From Coprobacillaceae bacterium (GTDB lineage Bacteria > Bacillota_I > Bacilli_A > Erysipelotrichales > Coprobacillaceae): 32,000 nucleotides of DNA. Where the stretch lies: positions 450,001 through 482,000 of the forward strand of contig OY776328.1 of the NCBI GenBank assembly GCA_963675515.1, read 5' to 3'. Shown piece by piece: positions 9,447 to 17,505 of this stretch. A program made the translations under genes and the position numbers. Under the pieces are notes generated by a model, which saw only the letters and a list, made by a program, of their open reading frames with translations, ran no database searches and was not told the DNA's origin. Within the stretch, counting starts at the first letter, position 1. Every line of letters begins with the position of its first letter.

Positions 9447-9463
9447 AATTATTTGGAGGTAAA

Positions 9464-10240
9464 ATGAAAATATTGTTTATAGGTGACATATTTGGTTCGA
9501 CCGGTCGGGAAATGGTTGATGACTATCTCCACCGGATCAAAAACAAGTATCAGATTGACTTTGTCATCGCCAATTGCGAAAACGCGACCCATGGCCGGGG
9601 CATGAACAAGAAGCACTACGATGAGCTTTCGTTTGCGGGAATCGACTGCATGACCATGGGAAACCACACTTTTGACAATCGTGAATTGTACGATTACATT
9701 GACGAAGCGAACCGTTTGGTTGTCCCATTCAACCAGCCCAAGGTGTTGCCAGGAACCGGAAGCCGCCTGTTCGATGTCAAAGGCACCAAGATCAGGGTTA
9801 CCAACTGCCTGGGTTGTGTGTATATGGACTATCGCAATGCGAATCCTTACGATGAAATAGATAAATATCTTGACATGGAGTGCGATATCCATATAATAGA
9901 TTTCCATGGTGAGGCAACAAGCGAAAAGGTAACTTTCGCATCTTACTGTTCGGGCAAGGCCCATGCGGTAATTGGAACCCATACCCATGTCCAGACAGCT
10001 GATGAACGGGTATTGCGCGATGTCGCTTTCATCTGCGATGTTGGGATGACCGGACCATATGAGTCTTCTATCGGGATCGACTTGGATCTCGCGGCGGCAA
10101 GGATGCGCGGCTTGAACCAGAAATTCGCAGTGGCCGAGTCTTCGGGGCAGTTATGCGCGGTTGTGATTGAAATAGAAGACAACCAGACCAAAAGCATTCA
10201 AAGGATTCTTATCAATGATGATCATCCTTTTGAATCATAA
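9464..10240 (+). CDS. ymdB: YmdB-family metallophosphoesterase (2',3'-cyclic-nucleotide 2'-phosphodiesterase)
   Basis: It aligns along its length with my recollection of B. subtilis YmdB. Shared blocks include MKILFIGDIFGSTGR, NCENATHGRG, DFHGEATSEK, GTHTHVQTAD, DVGMTGPY and RILINDDHPF. Confidence 0.93.
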   Translation: MKILFIGDIFGSTGREMVDDYLHRIKNKYQIDFVIANCENATHGRGMNKKHYDELSFAGIDCMTMGNHTFDNRELYDYIDEANRLVVPFNQPKVLPGTGSRLFDVKGTKIRVTNCLGCVYMDYRNANPYDEIDKYLDMECDIHIIDFHGEATSEKVTFASYCSGKAHAVIGTHTHVQTADERVLRDVAFICDVGMTGPYESSIGIDLDLAAARMRGLNQKFAVAESSGQLCAVVIEIEDNQTKSIQRILINDDHPFES

Positions 10241-10250
10241 GTAAATTATG

Positions 10251-10279
10251 TTGCAATTTTGGTGATAATTTATTAGAAT
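10251..10279 (+). promoter_or_regulatory. Sigma-A-type promoter of the first ABC transporter operon
   Basis: -35 TTGCAA (10251-10256), 17-nt spacer, -10 TAGAAT (10274-10279). Confidence 0.55.
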
Positions 10280-10309
10280 TAACTATATTTAGGAAAGAGG
10301 AAGAAATAA

Positions 10310-11101
10310 ATGAAAATATTTAAAGTGTTGCTTACAATGGTTTTGTCATTTTCACTTTTTGGCTGCGGATCAGCAAGTGGTGATGGAGTCATGATTGAAG
10401 AAGGTAAATTGAAAGTCGGGGTTGCTGCCGAATACCCTCCATTTGAATATATGGATGAGGATGGAGTCACTCCAATCGGATTCGATATCGATTTGGCGAA
10501 TGCGATCGGTGAAAAACTTGGTGTTGAGGTTGAGTTTGTCAACACGGCGTGGGATGGGATTTTCGACGGTTTGAACACAAACCGTTATGACGTTGTCATC
10601 TCCGGTGTCACTGTGACTGAAGAGCGTCAGGGGCAAATGAATTTCTCTGATGAATACTTGGGAAATGCCCAAGCGATCGTCACTTTGGCTGACAATACTG
10701 CAGTAAACAGCTTCGAGGATCTTGATGGATTGAAAGTCGGTTACCAGGCTGAGACGACATCCGATGTCGCTCTTACAAAATTCATTGAAGAAAATCCAGG
10801 TATGAATATCTCTGTAAGCGAATATGACATGGTCATGAACGCTTATGCCGACCTTGCTTCCAAACGGGTTGATGCGGTTGTTTCGGATTCATTGGTTGCG
10901 GTTGATTACCTGAAAGATTCGAAATACCGTCTGGCATACCAGGGACCGGCTGAAGAGCTGATTGCGGTTGCTTTGAAACAGGGAAATGACGACCTGACAA
11001 CCCAAGTCAATGACGCGCTTTCACAATTATTCGAAGATGGAACTCTGGTTGAACTTTCAAACACCTGGTTTGGAATCGACGTTGTTTCAAGCGTAAGATA
11101 A
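10310..11101 (+). CDS. Polar amino-acid ABC transporter substrate-binding lipoprotein (SBP family 3)
   Basis: Lipobox LFGC. The family-3 SBP pattern is KLKVGVAAEYPPFEYMDEDG..GFDIDLANAIG..WDGIFDGLNTNRYDVVISGVTVTEER. Confidence 0.88.
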   Translation: MKIFKVLLTMVLSFSLFGCGSASGDGVMIEEGKLKVGVAAEYPPFEYMDEDGVTPIGFDIDLANAIGEKLGVEVEFVNTAWDGIFDGLNTNRYDVVISGVTVTEERQGQMNFSDEYLGNAQAIVTLADNTAVNSFEDLDGLKVGYQAETTSDVALTKFIEENPGMNISVSEYDMVMNAYADLASKRVDAVVSDSLVAVDYLKDSKYRLAYQGPAEELIAVALKQGNDDLTTQVNDALSQLFEDGTLVELSNTWFGIDVVSSVR

Positions 11102-11107
11102 TAAGGG

Positions 11108-11764
11108 GTGATTAAAATAGACCAGATCATATCATGGATTCCGGCTCTTTTAGATGGGGCCCGGGTTACTATTTTACTGACTCTTGTCTCGGTTGTGACT
11201 GGGATATTTATGTCAGTCTTCCTGGCTCTTGGGAAGATGAGCAAAATCACTATCATCAAAAAGCTGTGCGAAGCCTATGTCTTTTTCTTCAGGGGAACGC
11301 CGCTGCTGATGCAGCTGTATTTCATCTGGTTTGGATTGCCGATGATTTCGCCGGTATTCACCATCCAGTCGCAATTCCTGGCGGCCTGGCTGGCTTTCTC
11401 ATTGAACTCGGCAGCATACTGCACCGAAATCATCCGGGCGGCTTTGGAATCAATTCCCAAGGGGCAATATGAAGCGGCTAAAGCTTTGGGTCTGTCTTAT
11501 GGGCAGACAATGCGCCTGATCATCATTCCCCAGTCAATCCGGCAGCTGATCCCGCCAATCGGCAACGAGTTTATCATGGTGCTAAAAGATGCGTCAATCG
11601 TATCGATCATAGCCCTGGCTGACTTGACCAAGGTGACCCGCTCGATCCAGTCGTCGACCAGCTCGTCGCTTGTATATATCCCGGCAATGGTCATCTACCT
11701 GATCATCACGGCGATATTCACTTTCATTTTCAAACGACTTGAAATCAGACATTCACGATATTAG
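11108..11764 (+). CDS. Polar amino-acid ABC transporter permease (His/Glu/Gln/Arg/opine family)
   Basis: Multi-TM protein with the EAA loop EAAKALGLSYGQTMRLIIIPQSIRQLIPPIGNEF. The GTG start at 11108 abuts the purine-rich aagggg, so the exact start is uncertain. Confidence 0.85.
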   Translation: MIKIDQIISWIPALLDGARVTILLTLVSVVTGIFMSVFLALGKMSKITIIKKLCEAYVFFFRGTPLLMQLYFIWFGLPMISPVFTIQSQFLAAWLAFSLNSAAYCTEIIRAALESIPKGQYEAAKALGLSYGQTMRLIIIPQSIRQLIPPIGNEFIMVLKDASIVSIIALADLTKVTRSIQSSTSSSLVYIPAMVIYLIITAIFTFIFKRLEIRHSRY

Positions 11765-11779
11765 GAGGCAAACAGGATT

Positions 11780-12538
11780 ATGATGATTAAAACAGAAAAT
11801 CTTTGCAAGAGCTTCGGTAGTGTGAAGGTGTTGAAAGACGTCAATATGGAAGTGTCAAAAGGTGAAGTGGTTACCATTATCGGACCTTCCGGTGCGGGGA
11901 AATCGACGCTCCTGCGTTCGATCAACCAGCTCGAAACAATCACTTCAGGAAAAATATTCATCGAAGATGAGCTGCTTTCGCATATCGAAAACGGTAAGGA
12001 AGTCAGCGGAATCTCCAAAGAAGAACACACCCGCATCCTGACCAAGACCGGAATGGTGTTCCAGTCATTCAACCTTTTCCCGCACAAGACTGTGCTGGAG
12101 AATGTGATGCTAGCACCAATCAACGTCCAGAAAAAAGACCCGGAAACGGTCAAGAAGATCGCTACCGATCTGATCGAACGTGTCGGTCTAGGCGAAAAAC
12201 TGGATGCATATCCCTCGAATCTCTCAGGCGGGCAGCAACAGCGTGTTGCTATCGCCCGGGCACTTGCAATGCAGCCGGACATCATGCTTTTCGATGAACC
12301 GACCAGCGCCTTGGATATCGAGCTTGTAGGAGAGGTGTTGAATGTAATCAAGGAACTTGCCAACGAGGGAATGACCATGGTCATCGTGACCCATGAGATG
12401 AAATTCGCCCGCGAAGTAAGCGACCGGATTGTCTTCATGTATGACGGGGGCATCTATGAGGATGGATCACCCGAACAGCTTTTCACCAATCCTCAAAAGG
12501 AAAGAACACAACAATTCCTGCAGTCGATAGTGGGATAA
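11780..12538 (+). CDS. Polar amino-acid ABC transporter ATP-binding protein (GlnQ/HisP-like)
   Basis: Walker [10 protein letters not shown], signature [15 protein letters not shown], Walker [14 protein letters not shown]-loop VTHEM. AGGAGG lies upstream. Confidence 0.93.
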   Translation: MMIKTENLCKSFGSVKVLKDVNMEVSKGEVVTIIGPSGAGKSTLLRSINQLETITSGKIFIEDELLSHIENGKEVSGISKEEHTRILTKTGMVFQSFNLFPHKTVLENVMLAPINVQKKDPETVKKIATDLIERVGLGEKLDAYPSNLSGGQQQRVAIARALAMQPDIMLFDEPTSALDIELVGEVLNVIKELANEGMTMVIVTHEMKFAREVSDRIVFMYDGGIYEDGSPEQLFTNPQKERTQQFLQSIVG

Positions 12539-12577
12539 ATTCAAAATTTGAAAAAAAAATAGAATGCCTCATATATG

Positions 12578-12586
12578 TGATATAAT
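12578..12586 (+). promoter_or_regulatory. Extended -10 promoter element (TGaTATAAT) for the 78-aa orphan gene
   Basis: TGaTATAAT is at 12578-12586 with no convincing -35. GGAGG at 12593-12597 and ATG at 12606 follow. Near-identical tgtgatataat also occurs at 16293-16303. Confidence 0.45.
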
Positions 12587-12605
12587 AACATCGGAGGTAG
12601 TTAGT

Positions 12606-12842
12606 ATGGTAAAATTAATGATGAGTACTGCCCAAATCAAAAAATTGACTGGATTTTTTGACGGGTATGAAGATGACAAAGTAAAAATCAGCTTAGATAA
12701 AGTTCAAGGGATTCGCGCTTACATGGATTGCGAAACTGAACTATCAGCTCAAGAAGCTGCGGATTATTGCAAAGGTCTTTTCAAAAACACACCAGATGGG
12801 AAAGTGTTATACTTCTCAATCGCTCCTGAAGGAGCATACTAA
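12606..12842 (+). CDS. Hypothetical small acidic protein (78 aa), family not recognised
   Basis: The ORF has GGAGG 8 nt upstream of ATG 12606, its own promoter element and a strong terminator immediately after the stop. Protein: MVKLMMSTAQIKKLTGFFDGYEDDKVKISLDKVQGIRAYMDCETELSAQEAADYCKGLFKNTPDGKVLYFSIAPEGAY. Confidence 0.6.
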   Translation: MVKLMMSTAQIKKLTGFFDGYEDDKVKISLDKVQGIRAYMDCETELSAQEAADYCKGLFKNTPDGKVLYFSIAPEGAY

Positions 12843-12843
12843 A

Positions 12844-12865
12844 AAGGACGTCAGTCCTTTTTTTT
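12844..12865 (+). terminator. Rho-independent terminator after the 78-aa gene
   Basis: aaggac (12844-12849) / gtcctt (12854-12859) form the stem with loop gtca. A-tract before and a 6-7 nt T-tract after (12860-12865). Confidence 0.8.
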
Positions 12866-12881
12866 GATGAAAGGAAAAACG

Positions 12882-14324
12882 ATGACCAATTACGATAAAA
12901 TTTTCAACGGACCAAATCTAAAAGAGGCCCGTATCAGAACCAAAGAAAAAGTCGATATAGTCCATGATGCTTATGAATTGCCGTTGGAAATGGCAGATTT
13001 TGGCAAAGGCAAGACTTATTTCCTGCAAACCTATGGCTGCCAGGCCAATGAGCGCGACAGTGAGACTATCGCAGGTATCCTGGAAACAATGGGTTACCAG
13101 GCAATTGACGACATCGACAATGCGGATATGATCCTGCTCAACACTTGTGCGATCCGCGAGAACGCCGAGGACAAGGTGTTTGGCAAAATCGGCTACGTGA
13201 AAAATCTTAAGAAATTCAATCCCAACCTGATACTTGCAGTCTGCGGCTGCATGGCCCAGGAGGAAAGTGTGGTAAACAAGATTCTGAGCACGTACCAGCA
13301 TGTCGATCTTGTGTTTGGGACCCATAATATCAACAACCTGCCCAAACTGCTTCAACAGGCCAACCAGGAAAAGGAAGTCACTGTCGAGGTGTTCTCCACT
13401 GAAGGCGATGTCCAGGAAGACTTGCCGGCAAAACGCGCCGACAAATACAAGGCCTGGGTCAACATCATGTATGGCTGCAACAAGTTCTGCACATACTGCA
13501 TCGTCCCTTACACGCGCGGCAAGGAAAGATCAAGGCTCAAGGAAGATATAATCAAGGAAGTCGAAGATCTTGTCAAGCTGGGATACCAGGAAGTCACCCT
13601 GCTTGGCCAGAATGTCAATTCATATGGCAATGATCTCGAGCTTGGTTACGATTTTGGCGACCTGATCAAGGAAGTGGCCCAAACCAATATTCCGCGGGTC
13701 CGTTTCACTACCAGCCATCCCTATGACTTCACCTTCGCCATGGTGGATGCCATCAATTCGGCGGACAACATCATGCCCTACATCCATCTACCGGTGCAGT
13801 CGGGCAACAGCGAGATCCTCAAGCTGATGGGCCGCAAATATACCCGTGAGCAGTACCTGGAACTTTTTGATTACATCAAAAAGACAATGCCAAAAGCCGC
13901 AATCACCACCGATGTGATTGTCGGGTTCCCTAACGAGACAGAAGAACAGTTCAAGGACACCTTAAGCCTTTATGACTATTGCGAGTACGATATTGCCTAC
14001 ACCTTCGTCTATTCACCACGCAATGGCACACCGGCGGCAAAGATGGCGGACAATGTCGATTTGAAGACCAAATCGGACCGCCTGCGCCGCTTGAACGAAC
14101 TTGTGAACGAAAAAGCCTTCAAAGCGAACAAGAAATTCGAGGGCGAAATCGTTGAAGTACTGGTCGAAGGACCAAGCAAGAAGAATGAGCAGGTCATGAG
14201 CGGCTATACCCGCGAGAACAAGCTCGTGAATTTTGTGGCGCCAGGAGATCTCACCGGAAAAATCGTCAATGTCAGAATCACCGATGTCAAGACCTGGACC
14301 CTCAATGGTGAGCTTGTTGGATAG
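12882..14324 (+). CDS. miaB: tRNA-2-methylthio-N6-dimethylallyladenosine synthase (radical SAM methylthiotransferase)
   Basis: UPF0004 N-domain (YFLQTYGCQANERDSE, LLNTCAIRE). The radical-SAM motif is CNKFCTYCIVPYTRG. A C-terminal TRAM domain is present. I prefer ATG 12882 (aagga upstream, clear of the terminator T-tract) over the ORF-track 12864. Confidence 0.93.
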   Translation: MTNYDKIFNGPNLKEARIRTKEKVDIVHDAYELPLEMADFGKGKTYFLQTYGCQANERDSETIAGILETMGYQAIDDIDNADMILLNTCAIRENAEDKVFGKIGYVKNLKKFNPNLILAVCGCMAQEESVVNKILSTYQHVDLVFGTHNINNLPKLLQQANQEKEVTVEVFSTEGDVQEDLPAKRADKYKAWVNIMYGCNKFCTYCIVPYTRGKERSRLKEDIIKEVEDLVKLGYQEVTLLGQNVNSYGNDLELGYDFGDLIKEVAQTNIPRVRFTTSHPYDFTFAMVDAINSADNIMPYIHLPVQSGNSEILKLMGRKYTREQYLELFDYIKKTMPKAAITTDVIVGFPNETEEQFKDTLSLYDYCEYDIAYTFVYSPRNGTPAAKMADNVDLKTKSDRLRRLNELVNEKAFKANKKFEGEIVEVLVEGPSKKNEQVMSGYTRENKLVNFVAPGDLTGKIVNVRITDVKTWTLNGELVG

Positions 14325-14664
14325 ACTAGAAGAGCTGGCGTCACAGATCAATCTGGAACTGCTGGACAATCCCCTGGTCAAGGAATTCCAGCAGCTGGAA
14401 AAAGCCTACCGCGACAATGAATACTTGCAGCAGCTTGAAAAGAAAATTGTTGCAATCCAGAAAGAAATTGTTATAGTAAAAAGCAAGAAGGAGTCAGTCA
14501 GGGAATTGGTCAGGGAGTATGAAAAAATCAAGGAGGAGCTCTCAGGGAACCCCTTGGCGATAAATTATCAAGTGGCCCGCGAAGAGCTCAATGACTTCCT
14601 GCAGGAGATAAATAAATATATCAATAATCAACTTATTCTTGACAAAGCGGCTGACATATCTTAA
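14305..14664 (+). CDS. ricA: YlbF/YmcA-family protein (RicA-like regulator)
   Basis: About 119 aa, helical, with a Com_YlbF-like pattern (LLDNPLVKEFQQLEKAYRDNEYLQQLEKKIVAIQKE...NPLAINYQVAREELNDFLQEI). It sits immediately after miaB like B. subtilis ymcA. ATG 14305 overlaps the miaB 3' end by 20 nt. Confidence 0.6.
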   Translation: MVSLLDRLEELASQINLELLDNPLVKEFQQLEKAYRDNEYLQQLEKKIVAIQKEIVIVKSKKESVRELVREYEKIKEELSGNPLAINYQVAREELNDFLQEINKYINNQLILDKAADIS

Positions 14665-14698
14665 AATCATTTAAATTATATTTTAAAAGGAGATCAAA

Positions 14699-16207
14699 AT
14701 GGCATACTTTTTCAAAGAACCATCACGCACTTTCAGCGAATATTTGTTAGTACCTGGATATTCATCAAGAGAAGCACAGACAGTTAATGTGAATTTAAAA
14801 ACCCCACTAGTTAAATTCAAGAAAGGTGAACAATCGGCTATCACCTTGAACGCTCCGTTGGTATCGGCAATCATGCAGGCCGTTTCTGATGACAAAATGG
14901 CGGTTGCGCTGGCTCGCGAAGGTGGCGTATCATTTATCTTTGGTTCCCAATCAGTAGAATCACAAGTCCAAATGGTCAAGAACGTAAAATCATACAAGGC
15001 CGGATTCGTGACAAGCGACTCTAATCTTTCACCGGAAATGACATTGGCTGACGTTATCGCGCTTAAGGAAAAGACCGGACATTCAACAATGGCGGTGACA
15101 CAAGACGGTAGCGCCAATGGAAAGCTGATCGGAATCGTTACCGGTCGTGACTACCGCGTTTCAAGAATGGACAAAGCCCAAAAAGTCACTGAATTCATGA
15201 CACCATATGAAAAACTGATTGTGGCGACAACTGCTCAAACATTGAAAGAATGCAACGATATCATCTGGGATAATAAACTGAATTCGTTGCCGGTTGTTGA
15301 CGAAAACCAGAACCTGCAGTCTTTCGTTTTCAGGAAAGATTACGAAACCAGAAAGAAAAATCCAAACGAATTGTTGGATGAACAAAAGCGTTATGTTGTC
15401 GGAGCGGGTATCAACACTCGTGACTATGCAACACGCGTTCCGGCTTTGGTTGAAGCTGGTGTTGACGTGCTTTGCATCGACTCTTCTGAAGGATTCAGCG
15501 AATGGCAAAAACTGACAATCGAATGGGTTCGCCAGACTTATGGTGACACTGTTAAAATCGGAGCTGGAAACGTCGTTGACGGAGAAGGATTCAGATTCCT
15601 GGCTGAAGCAGGTGCCGACTTCATCAAAGTTGGTATCGGTGGCGGTTCGATTTGCATAACAAGAGAACAAAAAGGTATCGGCCGCGGTCAGGCGACAGCA
15701 ACAATAGAAGTTGCGCAGGCCCGTGATGAATACTTCAAAGAGACTGGAATCTACATTCCAATCTGTTCGGATGGCGGTATCGTTTATGATTACCATATGG
15801 CATTGGCGTTGGCAATGGGATCTGATTTCATCATGCTGGGTCGCTATTTCGCCCGTTTCGATGAGTCACCAAGCAACCGTGTCAGCCTGAACGGACAATA
15901 TATGAAAGAGTACTGGGGTGAAGGTTCAGCCCGTGCCCGCAACTGGCAAAGATACGACATGGGTGGAGATTCTAAACTTTCTTTCGAAGAAGGTGTCGAT
16001 TCATACGTTCCATATGCCGGTCCATTGAAAGAAAACGTGGAAATGACATTGAACAAGATCAAATCGACAATGTGCAACTGCGGTTCGTTATCTATCGCTG
16101 AATTCCAGGAAAAAGCCAAAATCACATTGGTGTCTTCAACTTCGATCGTTGAAGGTGGAGCTCATGACGTAGTCTTAAAAGAATCGAATAATTCGAACAA
16201 ATCATAA
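14699..16207 (+). CDS. guaB: Inosine-5'-monophosphate dehydrogenase (CBS-domain-containing form)
   Basis: 502 aa with a TIM-barrel carrying the catalytic-Cys loop [11 protein letters not shown]. An inserted CBS pair is present, and [12 protein letters not shown] lies near the C-terminus. AAGGAG lies upstream. Confidence 0.85.
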   Translation: MAYFFKEPSRTFSEYLLVPGYSSREAQTVNVNLKTPLVKFKKGEQSAITLNAPLVSAIMQAVSDDKMAVALAREGGVSFIFGSQSVESQVQMVKNVKSYKAGFVTSDSNLSPEMTLADVIALKEKTGHSTMAVTQDGSANGKLIGIVTGRDYRVSRMDKAQKVTEFMTPYEKLIVATTAQTLKECNDIIWDNKLNSLPVVDENQNLQSFVFRKDYETRKKNPNELLDEQKRYVVGAGINTRDYATRVPALVEAGVDVLCIDSSEGFSEWQKLTIEWVRQTYGDTVKIGAGNVVDGEGFRFLAEAGADFIKVGIGGGSICITREQKGIGRGQATATIEVAQARDEYFKETGIYIPICSDGGIVYDYHMALALAMGSDFIMLGRYFARFDESPSNRVSLNGQYMKEYWGEGSARARNWQRYDMGGDSKLSFEEGVDSYVPYAGPLKENVEMTLNKIKSTMCNCGSLSIAEFQEKAKITLVSSTSIVEGGAHDVVLKESNNSNKS

Positions 16208-16210
16208 AAC

Positions 16211-16241
16211 AAAAAAGAGTAATTCCGGTTACTCTTTTTTT
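16211..16241 (+). terminator. Rho-independent terminator after guaB
   Basis: agagtaa (16216-16222) / ttactct (16229-16235) form the stem with loop ttccgg. A-tract before and TTTTTT after. Confidence 0.8.
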
Positions 16242-16273
16242 ACGTCAAATCGCACAGAACGCCATCTATGAAT

Positions 16274-16303
16274 TTGGCAAGATTTTACATATTGTGATAT
16301 AAT
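16274..16303 (+). promoter_or_regulatory. Sigma-A-type promoter of the Mo-oxidoreductase pair
   Basis: -35 TTGGCA (16274-16279), 18-nt spacer, extended -10 TGaTATAAT (16295-16303). This leaves a leader of about 125 nt before ATG 16434. Confidence 0.55.
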
Positions 16304-16433
16304 ACTCGTGAAGAGTTGGGCACGAAGAAAAATGATCCGGAATGATGAACAGGATACCAAAACGAACAATAGGCAATATCATCAATTGAACTGGTTAATT
16401 GATCAAATCATGAATGTTGGGAGATGAAGTGCA

Positions 16434-17093
16434 ATGTTTAAGAAAAAAGGTTTATTCGTCCTGGTTGCGGTAATGGCTGTGGCACTGGGTGGATGTCAGT
16501 CGGGAAATGGTGATGTCTCGGACAGCCTCAAGGAACTTGCGGCAACCGAAGTCACCGAATATGAAGGCAAGGATCTGTCATCGATGCTTGATTTTCGTGA
16601 AAACTCGATCAAGGGGCCCCAATACATAGAAATCGACAGCTATACATTGAAAATCAGTGGCCTGGTCAATGATCCTAAAGATTTAACGTATGACCAGGTT
16701 CTTGAAAAGACGGCATATACGAAGGTGGTCACTTTGAACTGTGTCGAGGGATGGAAGGTTGACATCCTGTGGGAAGGTGTGCTGTTGAGAGACCTGTTCG
16801 ATGATGCTGGAGTGAATGAGGAAGCCAATACGGTAATATTCCACTCTTATGACGGTTATACAACATCGTTGCCACTTGCGACTATTTTGGAAAAAAACAT
16901 AATATTGGCCTATAAGATGAACGGTGTTGTGCTTCCTCCTGAACGGGGCTTTCCGTTCCAGTTGGTAGCCGAGGATAAGCTGGGATACAAATGGGCGAAA
17001 TGGATAACTGAAATCGAACTGTCAGATGACTCAAGCTACAAGGGCTATTGGGAAAAACGAGGCTACAGCAATGAAGCTAATGTCTACAATTAA
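16434..17093 (+). CDS. Molybdopterin-binding oxidoreductase domain lipoprotein (sulfite-oxidase/MsrP-YedY fold family)
   Basis: Signal peptide with lipobox (MFKKKGLFVLVAVMAVALGGC). Family pattern: VVTLNCVEGWKVDILWEGVLLRDL, HSYDGYTTSLP, ILAYKMNGVVLPPERGFPFQLV, GYKWAKWITEIEL, GYWEKRGY. The mature protein has a single Cys in the expected Mo-ligand context. Confidence 0.75.
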   Translation: MFKKKGLFVLVAVMAVALGGCQSGNGDVSDSLKELAATEVTEYEGKDLSSMLDFRENSIKGPQYIEIDSYTLKISGLVNDPKDLTYDQVLEKTAYTKVVTLNCVEGWKVDILWEGVLLRDLFDDAGVNEEANTVIFHSYDGYTTSLPLATILEKNIILAYKMNGVVLPPERGFPFQLVAEDKLGYKWAKWITEIELSDDSSYKGYWEKRGYSNEANVYN

Positions 17094-17376
17094 TCGGATA
17101 TCCGCCTGGGTTCTTGCGGTAAGCTACATCATCTATATGATCACCGGGTTTGACATGCAGCTTAGATTCCTATCTCCGGAAATAACCTCCCTGATCCATC
17201 TCAATTATCTGTTTTTGATTGCCCAGACAGCTTTCATTATCCATACGACATATGCATTTTATCTTTCGCTAAGAAAAAGAAAAAAATGGAACTATGTCGG
17301 CAAATCATTGCTGGCAGGGTACTTCGCATTAAATCTGGCACTCATATTTGTTTATCTTACCATCCGATATGGATAG
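17071..17376 (+). CDS. Small integral membrane protein (about 101 aa, 3 predicted TM helices), partner of the Mo-domain lipoprotein
   Basis: GAGG lies 8 nt upstream of ATG 17071, and the gene overlaps the upstream gene by 23 nt. Hydrophobic segments are ISAWVLAVSYIIYMITGF, LNYLFLIAQTAFIIHTTYAFYL and LLAGYFALNLALIFVYLTI. Two intramembrane His are present. Confidence 0.55.
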   Translation: MKLMSTINRISAWVLAVSYIIYMITGFDMQLRFLSPEITSLIHLNYLFLIAQTAFIIHTTYAFYLSLRKRKKWNYVGKSLLAGYFALNLALIFVYLTIRYG

Positions 17377-17410
17377 TTTGAAAAAACATAATAATACTCA
17401 AAAATGCAAT

Positions 17411-17447
17411 AAATCCGGTGCGGAATCATTTCCCTTGCACCGGATTT
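17411..17447. terminator. Bidirectional terminator between the Mo pair and the convergent PRD regulator gene
   Basis: aaatccggtgc (17411-17421) / gcaccggattt (17437-17447) is a perfect 11-bp stem. The flanks are A/T-rich on both sides. Confidence 0.8.
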
Positions 17448-17505
17448 ATTTATGCTGATAAAGAATTTTGGCCTTATGGTTGGTTTGGGGCGGGTTTAAC
17501 GGACG

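Noticed and set aside
11134-11472. 112-aa same-strand alternative-frame ORF inside the permease gene
   Set aside because: It overlaps a clear ABC permease frame. It has Gly/Trp/His-rich unnatural composition and no translation signals.
11761-12453. 230-aa minus-strand ORF opposite the ABC ATPase gene, with similar ones at 24223-24672 and 24892-25425
   Set aside because: These are classic shadow ORFs antisense to highly conserved ABC ATPase genes. Their composition is Ser/Pro/Thr-rich nonsense. The plus-strand genes have Walker and signature motifs and RBSs.
16304-16433. Possible Moco riboswitch in the ~125-nt leader of the molybdopterin-oxidoreductase gene
   Set aside because: The context is tempting, but I cannot find the conserved Moco-motif blocks (GCCUCC..., GGAAAGG) as I recall them. 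Only short AT-rich hairpins are present (for example atcaatt/aattgat). It should still be checked with the Rfam model.
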